Notes under the pieces: model-generated
The model's input: only the letters and a program-made list of their open reading frames with translations
What the model was told of the DNA's origin: nothing
Database searches by the model: none
NCBI GenBank assembly: GCA_012295275.1
Contig: CM022678.1
Location: forward strand, 18,786,001-18,850,000
From: Chrysomallon squamiferum
Taxonomy: Eukaryota; Animalia; Mollusca
Reading direction: 5' to 3'
Length of the DNA stretch: 64,000 nucleotides
Shown here: one piece after another, positions 50,478 to 64,000 of the stretch
How positions within the stretch are numbered: the first letter of the stretch is position 1
Layout of the letters: every line of letters begins with the position of its first letter
Position numbers and translations under genes: made by a program

Positions 50478-51785
50478 TTATTTATTTATTTGTTATTCTG
50501 CGCAACAAAGCAAGTATTCAGGGACAAATAACTAGCACTTAAATTGCCATTCAGTCAAACAGTTTGTTTTGCCTTCGGGGTTTATCCAGCATATCTTAAA
50601 ACTGTCTAAACAGGCATTAGAATTGTTTTGATGTGCATCTTTCTGTTTTTTTTTTTTTAATACCAAGATTTTTCACATTTGTTTCTAGTGGGACTGAAAA
50701 ACACGGCAATCACGTACCTTAATAATATTATTATTTTATGTTTGACCACACGATCTACTGATAATAATAAAATAGATGTACAATGGATTAACGTCTTGAC
50801 AAGCTGCCTGATCATAAATTTTATTTAAATATTTCAAAATATAGTGTTTAATTTTTTAGCGAGCACATATTTACTTTCTCGTCTATTTTTTATTTTATTT
50901 TTTGTTCTAATCTTTAAACTATACCACGCTTGAAATTGGTTTAATCCCACAAAGAAATAAGTGAGAGAACAAATTTCTGAGTTTAATCTTGTTCCTCCAT
51001 TTTATAAAAACAACACAGTTTTGATTTAAAGTTAAATACAGTGTAAACTGTAATTCTATCTTTGTGGTGTAAATTAACAATCACTGATAATAAATTGTCT
51101 GTTTATTTGGTCATATTTTAACATTAATTTGATTACGGTCAAAGGTCAAAGATGTGAGAATAAGAAATTTGAGGATAATGTTGGTAGCAACATGATCAGC
51201 GTATATACAGTTTAATAATTACAGACGTGAGCAATTAGTAAATATTTACGAATGTATTCGTTACTGCGACTGTTTTTGTTATTGCAATCAATACAGTTAT
51301 TTTTCTCGTTATAAGTTTCATAGTAGTTGCATAATGTTTAAATGATCGTCATTTTCCAGTCGCTTACTTGTGTTACTTGTTTTGAATTTTGTTGACCATT
51401 AGTATAAAAGCAAAAAACTTATTACTACTGCTACCACCACTACCAGTAGTATCACAACTTCTACTAGATTTGTTCATTTACATCATATTCTTTTATTTAT
51501 TTATCTTTTCAGATCGTTCGGATTTGAATATTTATTTATTTACTTGATAATGATTATTATCATCAGCAGTAGTAAAAGAAATAAATACAGTTGTTTTTAG
51601 TACTAGTAGCAGTAATAGCCTTTCAGTCGTTGATATTGTTTCTATATTTTAAATTAGAAACGGATCCAAATAAGAAAAAAACGAAATTTCCAAATATCAA
51701 CTAAAATAGTTTGCAATTCATTATTATTCTCGCTGCATATTATCACTGTTATTGTTGTTGCTGTCGTTCTTCTTTCTCGTTATTC

Positions 51786-51828
<43 letters not shown>

Positions 51829-52183
51829 AAGCACATGAAGCTGAAATGGGCAAAAGGTTGGTGTAGACATTTCACCTGTTAACAGTACCTTCACACGAAG
51901 CTCTTTAAATGAAAAATAAGATAAATTATAACTTCTTACACATCCAACTGTAAATTACCAAATTACCAAAAACTATTCACGTACAAAGATTTTATCATTA
52001 ACACAGTTCGCTGACCTGGAGGCACAATTCGACACAAAACAATAAAAAAAGAGAAAAGGATACTCTAAATAGCATTTGATTCTAAGCATACATATTCTGA
52101 AACTGAAAAATTCAGTAATCGAAAACATTTCCAGTCCAAGCATTTCATTTCAAATTTTTCTTAGGATTTGTAAATTATCAAAT

Positions 52184-54718
52184 TTACAAACTGACGTCAG
52201 CATTAACAAAAAGTGGAAAAGTTTTAAGCAGCCAGTCCACTGCAGCTTTGTCGTCTGCATCGTCTGGTGGAGTTTTTCCTGTTTTGAAACCATTCAGTTC
52301 TGTGACACGGTGAGTCTCTCCTGATTTCAAGCATACAATCATCATCTTCTCATTTTTGGTAGCAGTGGCTATTGCCAAATCAATGATCTGTTTCCATTGT
52401 GTGTTTGGCGTATAGGAATTGACAACCACAATAATGCATCGAATAAGAGGCATCAGCTGTTCGTAAAAAGATATTTCATCCACTGCATCAAACGAAAGCT
52501 CATCATTTCTCGTGACTTTGAGACCTGTATAGTCTTCCAGAATTTCCTGAATTTTGTTTGAAATCTGAGATGTTTCCCAGTCGTCTTTGTCATTGAGGAT
52601 CATGAAATCAGCACCATTTATTTCATCTTCTTTCTTCGTTTTGTAGTAGAAGGTAAACATCCTTCTGAAACAAGACCAAGCTTTATCCGGTGACTCGCCT
52701 CTTGATAAGATCTGCTCTGCTGTTTTCAAGTAAACTCGATTGACAAGAGGAGAAAAAATGTCATCAGCTTGTTGCGTACCCATCAGCAGACTTACACACA
52801 GTCTGGCATTTTCGTATTCTTCTCCATTGAGATATTCCTCAGTTATTCCAATCCAGTTTTCTCGTCCCACATTTCGTTTTTGAATCTTCTCATAAATCGG
52901 AAGAGAAGGGGTGAACTGACTAATCATATGGTATAGATCCTTAACTTGCCACGGTATTTCTACTCCACGTGGACCTTTCGTTTGTGTCACCAAATCAGTC
53001 ACTGTTCTAAAATGAGTGCGATATGTATACAGCACTTCTGTCGCAGAAGCTTCTATAGCAAGAATTTTGTAATTCATTTCTTCTTTCTCCAGCCGAGTCT
53101 GTTCCTCTCGAGAAAGTCTCCAGTTTCCACTTTTTTCACGACTGATATTACACAATTCCTTCAAAGCAAAAACTTTATAGAACGGATTGGTATCACTTTC
53201 CGTTCCTTCTATTACATCTCTTAAGACCAATTCAGCATCTTTATAGTGTCTGTCACTTATGTAAGCAGAAACCAACTGAAACGCCGCATCAATATTTTCG
53301 CCGTGTGTGATTTCAAGGGCTTGTTTTAAATTCTTAATCGCACGCTGAAATGTTCTCCTGTTATTTGACCATTTCGCTTTTTTCAGCAGAACTTTTCCCA
53401 GGTGATGAAGAGCATTGCCTGTAGGCAGAAGCGTGACTGACTCTTCTAACAGTTTCTCAGCTTTATCCAGTTGCTTTGTGTTTAGGAAATGCTTACCGCA
53501 GCTTGCAAGTACAAAGGGGACCTCTTTGCCTAAATCAAGAGCTTGTCTGGAAATATTCCTGTCTCGAAAGCAGTCCAGTTTGTTGTTTAATCTCGTTTAC
53601 CAGCATTTGATCTTCAAATGGCGTCCACCTTAATTCAAGTAGCTTGGCTAATTCCCCGAGCTCGGCGTATGCCATGGCATTCAGTGGTTCTGGTGCCTTA
53701 CTACCGACATCCTGTAGCAATTCATAAGCATCTAACAGCGTATTTTACCACATCGATACTTGTCTGAAATGAATAGCCTTGATCGGACAGACATCGTCTA
53801 AGTGTTAGACCCTCACCAAATTTCCACTCGTATTCTTCTGGATATTTCTCGTTTACTTTTCTGTACAACTTCACAGACTTTAGATAAGAAGCTGGTGAAA
53901 TCCGAGCGTAGCAATAAGCAAGTTCAGCTTCAGCTACAGCACGCATTCTATCCAGGTCTCCCTTCAGGTTTTCCAATTCGATTAATTCTGATTCAGCAGA
54001 ACGCTTATACTGTTTTAACAGAAAACGGACACGATTTGCCCTTGCTACAATGTTAGTACGATCACGATGACGGACTTTTAAATTTGTCTTGATTGCATTG
54101 TCTCGATCTCCTAGCAAAAACAGCAAGAAGGAAATAAAATTGTCGTCTCGATTTCTTTCCATCAAACTGCGTTTCTCTTCTTCCTGTCCCCGTTGTAACT
54201 TTTCAAGTATTTTTTCTCTGCGTTGTTTTGAGCAGTACATGAGATCTGTAAGATGAAAGGAGTGAGCAAACGATTCCAATCTCTTTTCGAAGGAAATGTC
54301 CTCATCCGTATCTGAGAAATAAAATGCAAGTAATTGGAAATTGCTCAAGGAAAGCCACTAAATCAAAAGTGTATTTCTAAAATATAAAGATACATTTTTT
54401 GTTTTATTATTATCTTGTTTTGTATTGAAGATTTGTAATAATAAAATATTTTTGTTACTGAATGTCTCTCTCTCTCTATTTTTCTTATATAAATAGGTGT
54501 GTGTGTCTGTCTGTGTGTGTTTGTGTGAGATTTTATTTAGATGTCTGCATGTAGAAACCTCTTAGTGAAAGAATAGCTTGTTTATAAAAGGAAGCAGAAT
54601 AAAGTAACATCAAGGTGTAATCATACGAAATTTCTAATTAATATTTCTCACCATCAATCTTTATCCTGGCAAAATCCGTCTCTGTCGACGTTGTGGTTTG
54701 CTCTTTTTTCGCAGCCAT
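52184..54718 (-). CDS. TTC22/IFIT-like TPR protein with C-terminal TIR-like domain (730 aa if repaired); two 1-nt insertions break the frame
   Basis: Exon 54718-54652 (MAAKKEQ..IDG|gtgaga) joins exon 54311-52184 in phase 1. TPR-like helices: HSFHL, NFISFLLFLLGD..NIVARANR, AEAELAYCY, EWKFGEGLTLRR, ALHHLGKVL. C-terminus: DFMILND..EILEDYTGLKV..RCIIVVV, resembling TIR strands A-C. Frameshifts at ~53726 and 53545. Confidence 0.72.
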
Positions 54719-55021
54719 TATCTAAAAGAAAGTTATAAAATATTTTACTAATATTGTTCTTCTTATTGAATACCATACATTTAAAAAATATCTTTCCGTC
54801 GATTTAGGAGATTTTGTTTGCTTAGCAGAATTTCCATTTTTTTTTTCTGTTTCTTACGTATTTATTTAGGAAATTGAAACCATACATACCCAAGTTTTGT
54901 GGAATAGGTGTGTGTGTGTGTCTGTCTGTGTGTGTTTGTGGAATTAGAGAAATACGGTAAATATTCGGATGCATAAACAGATTCAGAAATTCCAGTGCAA
55001 TGACTGAACTCCCAGTGTAGC

Positions 55022-55058
<37 letters not shown>

Positions 55059-55159
55059 TGTTCGTTTCTAATAGTTATTTTTCGTTCCATTCATATGAAA
55101 TATGTTCTAATCTATACATAACTCATTTTTGTAATTTTTATCTATAAACACTAGCAGGC

Positions 55160-56087
55160 CCAGCAGTTCTACACTTATTCACCTGTGTCAGCTGACATGA
55201 GTCACCTATTTGAATATCAGCCGATATATACAAATATAGAAACAGTAACGGCTGTGTGAAATTAGGTCACTGAATAACGCAACAAATATATCGAGTAAAG
55301 TGTCCATTAACATGTAATAAATATGTGTAAAGCAGTTTATAGTGGGATATTTTCTTTTTCTGTTTGTACTGTTTCGAGGATTCAGAGCTGTGTAGTGTCA
55401 GATAATAATCTAAGAAATGACATGCGTCTACACTTTAACTTTTATAATAATACAAAAAGAAAAAAAAATTAAAAGAAAACACAAAAAGTGACAAGGAAAA
55501 TTTACGTCTTGCCCTGATATAAATGTTAATTTTTATTAGGTCACCAAAATCTTACTGTTTCCAAAAAGCTTCCTGGTCGATTTACGTGATCTTATTACTT
55601 CTGAGAACAAACTGATTTTAATTTAATTTCTTTTGTTGTTTATGTCATGTATCTTAGCGTATTATACGTCCTTGTAGTTGTCGCTGTAGTTCTTATATAT
55701 CAATAAATTATTCGTTAATTATATTTATAATTTAATAGATAAACTATTAGTTAAATATAAAACATATGATCGAATTAACATATCTTAAACCAAACTTACA
55801 CGTTCTCTCTGGATGTCATTTACTCCGAAATTAACAGTCGGTGTTGTGTAAGCGACTACTTTCTTATTTCCTTTTTAAATTCCAAGGATCGGTGCACTAA
55901 AAGGACATAATCATCGTAAAAGCCATATAAGGAATGTTTCCTAATACGGTAATGCTACGTGTAGGTTTAAATATTAAAGAAAACATTCTTATCGGGAAAG
56001 CTATATCAAATTCATGAAAACGTTTATTATGATGATGATAATTATTATTATTATCATTATTATCATTATTATTAATATTAATATTAA

Positions 56088-56144
<57 letters not shown>

Positions 56145-56340
56145 TGATAGTGTTATTGTTATTGTTATTGTTACTATTATTATTATTCAGAATTTCTTTC
56201 GTTCATTTTCTTTTTCTTTTTCCTTTTTTCAGTCTTCTTCAGAAAAATGAAACTTTCGACTTCTCAATATTAGTGATTCAAAAAATAATTCACGTCCATT
56301 TAAGAGACGTGGTATTTTCTGAGCTATGCTGAATTTTTAT
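55160..56340 (-). promoter_or_regulatory. Upstream module of the TPR-TIR gene with a probable non-coding first exon (donor at 55799-55794); related copies at ~57030-57710 and ~63290-63960
   Basis: Shared blocks (tcagccgat, aaattaggtca, tgtaggtttaaat, ctgagcta) recur three times. The ATG exon has its own acceptor at 54722-54723, implying an upstream UTR exon. Confidence 0.5.
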
Positions 56341-56697
56341 TTAACGCTTTGTGTTACTTTTACTATAATTCTTTCTAGTAATAACTCTTATATGTCAAAA
56401 CGAAATTCGTGAATCAGATGTGTATTTTTATACAAACTTAAATATTATTTTGTACGAAATTTAGCAATTTAGCGAACGTGACGAAGCAAACTGAAAAGAC
56501 GAATTAGTAATTTTCGTGGTATTAGAAAAAATAAGATAAAAATTCGTTCAATGAATTTCTTTTGTTTGTGTAACTAAATACTGAATTAATCAACGCATTT
56601 ACAAATGTAATATGAAATACAAAAATAAAAAATAAAGCTAACTTTTTATATTTACATAATTTGGCTACGAATTTACGGGAAACTGATTTAAAAAATC

Positions 56698-56747
<50 letters not shown>

Positions 56748-58608
56748 TGTTTGCTGCATTATAGAACGTATGTGGAAACATGAAATCAAATACATATTTA
56801 TTTTCTATATAATTTATCTATTAATTTTCTCGAACGTGTCTAAACAAAATGAAAACAAATGAGACTAATTTTTATGGAATTAGAAATTAAAGCGAAATAT
56901 TCAGATCAATGCTCAAATGAAACAGAACCTAACCAATACATAAAACATGTTTCTACTTTATATATGATAACGCTAGGACTCCCGAGATATTTATTATTTA
57001 CTTTTACCACACTATATGAGCTAAATGCATGGCTGCTGTCAGCCGATATATAAACACACACAAACAGAAACTGCTGTGTCAAATTAGGTCATGGAAATAG
57101 GTCATTCAGACACACCCGGAAGATATTAGTAATACTGAATAAGCCGTTTACAGTAGAATTTATCTTTTTCTATAACATGCAGAAACTGCACACGTCTAAT
57201 GTTTGTGTCAGAGAACAATGAAACAAGTGACCCGCGTCTAGATTTTAATTTTAATAACGCAAAGATAAAATAATTAAAAGAAAAAATCTCAAATCAACTT
57301 ACACGTTCTCGCTGGTTGTTCGTTACTCCAAATGTCAGTGTCACATAAACAACTACCTTCTAGTTTCCTTTTTAAATTCCACGAATCGATTCAGTAAGGG
57401 GAGATAATCATTGTAAAAGCTGTGCAAAATATGTTTTCTAATAAGATAATGTTATGTGTAGGTTTAAATTTTAAATAAAATATGTTTATTTTGAAGGCGA
57501 GATCAAATTGATTATGTGGCTTTATTATTTATTTATTTTTATTTTATTTGTTCCACTCTGTTCTAACATCCAGAAAAATGAACCGTATGCCATTTAAATC
57601 TTAGTGGTTCCAAATAAGTTTCCAATTAAACTAAATTTTACTGGTGTCAAAAAGCTTTCCCATTGATTTAAGTGATCTCATCGTTACCGAGCTAAGCCGA
57701 ATTTTTATTTGTGTTAATTTGTCGTGTTGATTGATACTTGTGTTTTTGTTTATCAAAAATACTTGCAGTTATATCTCTTGTATCTAATGACTAATCACGA
57801 AGCAAATTCATATTTTAATGTTAATTTAATGCATTTTTTATAATAGTACATAATCTATACATTAATTTTCGTGCAGTTAGAAAAAAAAAAGATAAACATT
57901 GTGTGTTTATGTATATTTGAATAAACTGTTGAAAGTGTTCTTACTCAGGTCAAACTAAAGGTCCATACGTCTCTGTGTATGAAGTGGTTTCGTTATCCGG
58001 ATTCGCTTCAGGAGTGGATAATGTTTTCTTTTTCTTTCTTTTTTTTGCAATTGCACAGAAGCTTGTCACGGCTACTGACAACACCAACAACAATAATAAC
58101 AAAACCTGTATATGGAACGTTTTCTAAAATGGTAATGCTATTATATTATCGCATGACAAGAATAAAGGCATACTTATCATTGGATGTCCTTATTATGTAT
58201 AATCACTATTATTTAGAAATATGATACGTTTAATGTCGAATTAATTATCTGAAATGAAGGCAGGCTGTTTGTTGGTTATTGATAATGAAATGAAACACAT
58301 GACAGATTAATATCCACAGTTTGCTACTTTCAGCTTTCAGAGATCATTTCCATCAAAAGTATGTGCATCGTTATCTTTTTTCTTTGCGGATACAAAATAA
58401 ATTTTCTAATCCTCTCCAATATATTTCATTTCACGTCAAACATGGCTTCCAAGACTTTAAGTGTTTTGGTCCGGGTACGTGTAAATGTTGAACTGACTCT
58501 CTCAGAAGTTAAATTCGAAACGGAAACATAATCAGTCTTATGCACACTAAAGTATTCACGTGCAATGTACGCCCTTGTTGATTTGCCAATATACGTCAGG
58601 CGGTATTG

Positions 58609-59790
58609 CAGTGTTTCTCAACCTTTTTTTACTCTCGACATACCTACGAGCGCATGAAACTGTCGCGACACAGTAATAATTTTAAATATTATATTTAAAA
58701 TAAATTAAAAAATACATATATGGTCTTGTCTGATACAGTTTATTATGTTAGTATCCCAGAATTGCCACTTACCTAGTGTGAAACTTGTGCCTGTTGTTGT
58801 GTTATGACTTCTTGAATATTTGGTCGTATGTGCGATAAACAAACTCTCATTTCTTCTTCAGTGGAACGTAGTCTTTCTCTCTTCTTATTTTTTATATTAT
58901 TTAAGGTTGAAAAGCCCAATTCACACAAATAAGAAGTAGAGAATTGTAAAAGAACTAATAGGGCTTTTTCAGCTAATGCGGGAAATTCCTTTTGTATTGA
59001 AATCCAAAATGTGTCGATATCTACCTCAGAATGCTTCATTTTAAGACTGCGGCACTTGAAATGGTAGCCAATTCTTCTTCTTCGCATAATTTAAACCCAA
59101 TACTAGAAGGAACATCTACAAAAGGATTACGAACACAGTCGTACTTTTCAGTGTTCAGCGACGGAAAGTAGTGGTCGATGTTTTCTTCGAGCGCTGTCAG
59201 ATGCTCAACCACGATAGGGATCATTTCTTTAGTGCAGTTGGTACGCATTGTAGGAAACATCAAACTCACCCAACTTTGCTCTGTTTTTCCAAATAACAAT
59301 TTTCTTTTCAAAGGCAGCCAACTTATTTGTCGAAGTTAGAATATTTTCGTTTCGACCTTGCATACTACTGTTCACAATATTAAGTTGACCAAATATTTCC
59401 GTTAAATATTTGCAAAGTCTGTTATAACTAGCATAATTTCTTAACTAAATACACCTAGTTAGCTACATCTCTTTACTAATAAGTGTTTAAGAATGACAAT
59501 AATTTAAAACACAGCGAAGTTAATTCGGCAATCGGCATTACGCACGCGCACACACGACCAGTGCGGAACAACACCACACACACAACCTGTCACACTGACG
59601 TCTCATGGGCAACTGGTCGACCTTGAGCGCAAGGTGCAAAGGTTGGTGCAAAGGCATATTAGTAGAACATGAAACCGAGATTTATGCACATTGTCCGTGT
59701 TTTCAGGTGTTCGTCACAAAGTTTCGCGACACACCTGAGGGAGCCTCGCGACACACTTGTGTGTCGCGACACGGCGGTTGAGAATCACTG
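58609..59790 (-). mobile_element. Non-autonomous hAT DNA transposon (Buster/Charlie group), 1182 bp
   Basis: TIRs CAGTGTTTCTCAACC / GGTTGAGAATCACTG (14/15 match). Perfect 8-bp TSD CGGTATTG at 58601-58608 and 59791-59798. hATC dimerisation remnant FWISIQKEFPALAEKALLVLLQFSTSYLCELGFS. Subterminal CGCGACAC repeats. Confidence 0.96.
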
Positions 59791-60734
59791 CGGTATTGAA
59801 ATTCTAAATATGTTTTATTGTCAAATGAACTCAAACACGATATCGTGGTTTCGACAGGTAACGGGACAGGTGTGTCCTATCAGAGGCTGCTCTTCTTACC
59901 ATAATGGAATTCATTATTACGCATTATAAATGAATTGTTTATAATTTTATATTTTGTAATGTTCCTTTTGAGCCTGTGATATTTTTACTTTCCTTATTGT
60001 TTTTGTTTTATTTTGTTCTGATGTTATTGTTTTCTGTATATGATTTCTGTATATGTAACCCCCACCACTGAGCCCAGGAAGTAAACATTTGAATTTACCA
60101 CATTTTATGTTTTCATGACACGTATAGTATCTAAGTCATAAGTCTTTGACCGCTCTGGCTTTAGATTAGACTGAAATGTTTGAAATCATTCTCTCTGCAC
60201 GACGAAACATGCTATACATGAATCAATAGTCAAAGGGAAGTGTTATTTGAAAATACCAGTTTACACAGATGCACACACCCGTTTGGTGTTGTTGCTGTTT
60301 GAGAAAGCTGGTTTCGCCAAACTGTAAATTTGGAATAACTCTTTGAAAAGAAAAATACAGTGATACAGACTGACAGATTAATAAGTGTGTATAAATATAA
60401 TGAACAAAGTATGAAACTAACAACCGTTTAATAATACAGCGTTTAAAAACAAACTAAGATATTCTAACACTGCAAGTCATAACAAAGCGTAGAAACAGTC
60501 TAGCATCGTTACACCTATCAGTCTACAGATGAAAATGTTCATTATTATATACCAAAATTAGTGTTATAATTACAACTACTACTACTACTATAACTACTTT
60601 GCTACTACTGTTACTGTTATTACTACTACTACATTGATTTATAAATATTAACAATCCATGCAGTCTCTTTCAAATTCTTCTTAGAAGTTTTAGAGCTATC
60701 AGTTTTTACAAATTCTGATCCGTCCTTTACAAAT

Positions 60735-62864
60735 TTATAGACTGACGTGAGCATTAACAAGAAGTGGAAACGTTTCCAATAGCCAACCTACTGCAGCTTT
60801 CTCGTCTTGCATCGAGTCCTACCTGGTCTGAAATCGTTCAGTTCAGTAACACTGTGATTCTCTCCTCATTTCAGTCATCGTTCTGATGGAGAATCATGAT
60901 GACACCTCCATTTATATCTTCTTCCTTGTTCGGTTTCTAATGGAAGGTAAAAATCCTTCTTAAACATGGACAAACTTTATTCAGCGTCTCTCATCTTGAT
61001 CAGATCTGCTGTGCTGTTTTCAGATAAACTCGATTGACGAGGAGAGAAGGAACGTCATCAGCTTGTTGCATATCCATCGGCAGACTTACACACAGTCTTG
61101 CATTTTCATATTCTTCTCCATTGAGATATTCCTCAGTTATTCCAATCCAGTTTTCTCGTCCCAGATTTCGGTTTTGAATCTTCTCATAAATCGGAAGAGA
61201 ATGGGAGAATTCACTGATCATATAGTAAACATCTTTAACTTGCCACGGTATTTTTATCCCAAGTGGATCTTTCGTTTGTTTCAGCAAATCAGTTACCGTT
61301 CTAAAATGATATTTGTACAGCACCTCGGTCGCAGAAGCTTCTATAGCAAGAGTTTTGTAATTCATTTCTTCATTCCTCAGCCGAGCCTGTTGACCTGCAG
61401 AAAGTCACTGACTTTTTCATTTTTTCAAACAGATAATACTCATAGTCTTCAAAGCAGTAGCAACGATTGGTATGAGTTTCCAGACTTTCTATTTCTTAAG
61501 ACCCGTTCAGCATTTTCACAGCGTCTTTTACTCATATAAACAGAAGCCAAGTCAAGAGTTGTTGAATAATTTTCATCGTCTGTTATTTCAACAGCCTTTT
61601 TTAAATTGTGAATTCCATGCTCAAATGTTCTTTTGTTTTCCTCTTTCGTTTTTCTCAGCAGAACTTTCCCAGCTGATGAAGCACATTTCCTGACGGTAGA
61701 CGGCTATATGACTCTTCTAACAATCTCTCAGCCTTATCCAGTTGTTTTGTGTTTATGAAACGCTTAGCGCGGCTTGCAAGTACAAAAGGGATCTGTCTGC
61801 CTAAATCAAGAGCTTTCTGGAAATATTACTGACGCGAAAGCATTCCAGTTTACTGTTTAATCTCGTTTACCAGCAAATGGCGTCCATCTTAATTCAAGTA
61901 GCTTGGCTAATTCCCCAAGCTCGGTATATGCGATGACATTCATTGTTTTAATACGTTACTGCCGACTTACTCCAGCAGTTTACAGCATCTAACAGCGAAT
62001 TAAACCCCATCAACACCTGCGAGAAATGAACAGCTATGAAAGGACAGAAATCCTCTAAGTGTTAGACCCTCTGAATATTTCCACTCGTATTCTTCCTGAT
62101 ATTTTTCATTCACCTTTCTGTACAGCTCCAGAGACTTCGGATAAGAAGCTGGTGATATCTGATGGTAGGAATAAGTAAGTTCAGCTTCAGTTACAGCACA
62201 CATTCTGTCAAAGTTTTCCTCCAGGTTTTCCAATTTGATTAATTCCTACTGAGCAGAACGGTCGTCCTCTTGCTGCAGAAAACGCACACGGTTTGCACGT
62301 GCTACAATGTTAGTCTCGAGCACGGACTTTTAAATTTGTCTCGATCTCCTAGCAGAAACATCAAGAAGAAAATAAAATTGTCGTCTCGATTTTTTTCCAT
62401 CAATGTCCGTTTTTCTTCTTCCTGTTCCCCGTAACTTTTCAAGTACTTTTTCTCTGTGTTGTTTTGAGCAGATCATGAGATCTGTAAGATGAAAGGAGTA
62501 GGAAACGATTCCAGTCTCTCTTCGAAGGAAATGTCGTCATCTGTAAAAAAAAAGTGTCTTTCTTGAAATATGATGTTCGAATTTTTTATTAAATTGAAGA
62601 TATGTAATGAAAAAATATTTTGTTACTGAATCTATTACTTTAATGTAAATGGTTTAAGTGTGTGTATATTTTTATTGTCTGTTTCTGTATTTGTCAGTTA
62701 CAGAATCATGCATTTATAAAAGTAATTAGAAGATTGTCACCTGAAGGTGTAATGCAACATAATACAAATCTTTCATTATCATTGTAACTAGTATTTCTCA
62801 CCAGTTTTTATACTTTCAAACTCTGACTCTTATAATGTGTTTCGCTCTTTTTTTTAGGAGCCAT
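60735..62864 (-). pseudogene. Decayed tandem paralogue of the TPR-TIR gene
   Basis: ORFs 61000-61365 and 62000-62233 align to the 52-54 kb gene and the exon layout is the same (ATG at 62864). It has many stops and indels, and most of the TIR-like region is deleted (~60870-60900 junction). Confidence 0.9.
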
Positions 62865-63730
62865 TATCCTGAAAGAAAGTTATAAAACTTTGATTAATTA
62901 TTTGATTTTTTTTTCTCACCTTTTTGACTTTTTAATTATTTTAGCTATATTGAACATCATACACTTAAAAAGGCAGGGAAATTAAAACAGAAAGAAAAAG
63001 AGTTACAAACTCAAAGAACTTTATTCTAAAGTATGATAATAAATAAATAAATAAATACAAACATTACAGTTTATCTGCTTTTTTATTTAGTAACTTATAT
63101 CAGTTGTCATTTAATATTATCAGCCAGAAAGAGATAAAAATATGATTATTTTCAGCCGATGTATACTACCATAGAAACAGAAAAGGTTTCTTTTCTTTTC
63201 GTACACATGAAATAAGTCCTAACATATAAACAAGAAATAAGTCCTAACATATACACAATAAATATTTCTCTTGTTTTTCTTCCTTGTGTCCAGTAGTTCT
63301 ACATTCTTATTCACTTCTATCAACCTATATGAGTGAAAAATATGACAGCTATCAGCCGATTTATAACACTACAAAAACAAACCGTGTGTGTGAAATTAGG
63401 TCACTGAAGTATGCAACAAATAGAGCAAGTAAACAGACCTGGATGATGTAAGGAAAGCAGTTTGAAATGCGATTTTTAAATTTTTAAATTTTTATTTTTA
63501 GAGTAATCACAGCTTGGGTTTGGGTGAGTAAATAATCAGTAAAACGACCTGAGTCTCAATCTTAAACAAAATAACTCAAATCCAATTAAAGAAAAAAAGA
63601 AAGAAAAAGTGTGTAGGTTTAAATATTAAATAAAATATGCTTGTTTGGAAAGCGAGATCAAAAATATCATGGGGCTTTATTATTTATTTATTTGTATTTT
63701 TTATTATTATTACTATTATTATTATTATTA

Positions 63731-63785
<55 letters not shown>

Positions 63786-64000
63786 TGATTATTATTTTTA
63801 TTTTTATTTTTATTATTTATTTTTTTGTTGCTGTTGTCGAGTTCTAATGCTCAGAAAAATTAAACTTAGGCCATCTAAATTTGACTGGTGTCAAAAATGT
63901 TCCCATTGATTTACTTGATTTGATTATTACTGAGCTAAGCCCAATTTTGATTTCATCTGATAGTCTGTCGTATTGTTTGCTGCTTATGTAATTCTTTATC

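Noticed and set aside
53540-53730. Programmed ribosomal frameshifting or tiny introns explaining the TPR-TIR breaks
   Set aside because: No slippery heptamer or short GT-AG intron is evident, and comparison with the paralogue shows simple 1-nt insertions.

Overview
AT-rich, intron-containing, microsatellite-laden animal genomic DNA. The gene content and repeat landscape look molluscan, possibly cephalopod (inference). Most ORF-track entries are simple-repeat artefacts; the real genes had to be spliced by hand. (1) 1-34.4 kb is a tandem array of a 13-exon receptor gene: signal peptide - ShK-toxin-like (ShKT) domain - about 9 Draper/MEGF-type EGF repeats - TM - acidic Tyr-rich juxtamembrane region - single PTP domain. 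There are two complete copies, one 3' relic and five copies of the signal-peptide exon. Copy A (639-12774, 885 aa) has a degenerate active site ([17 protein letters not shown]). Copy B (22018-31778) has canonical KNRY and [10 protein letters not shown] but a stop/donor lesion in exon 5 that a cryptic donor could bypass. Their 5' halves are near-identical while the TM and juxtamembrane exons are strongly diverged, which resembles a paired or decoy receptor system. Intron 1 carries a decayed Penelope-like retroelement. (2) 34.4-47 kb is mostly non-coding, with a tRNA-derived SINE, minisatellites and possible minus-strand exons. (3) 48-50 kb holds PEBP-like exons (-) and a head-to-head intronless orphan gene (+) with TATA, Inr and polyA signals. 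(4) 52-63 kb holds a TTC22/IFIT-like TPR + TIR-like gene with two single-base frameshifts, a decayed paralogue, and between them a Buster/Charlie hAT deletion derivative with intact TIRs and an 8-bp TSD. All exon models and family assignments come from reading the sequence by eye; no database searches were run.
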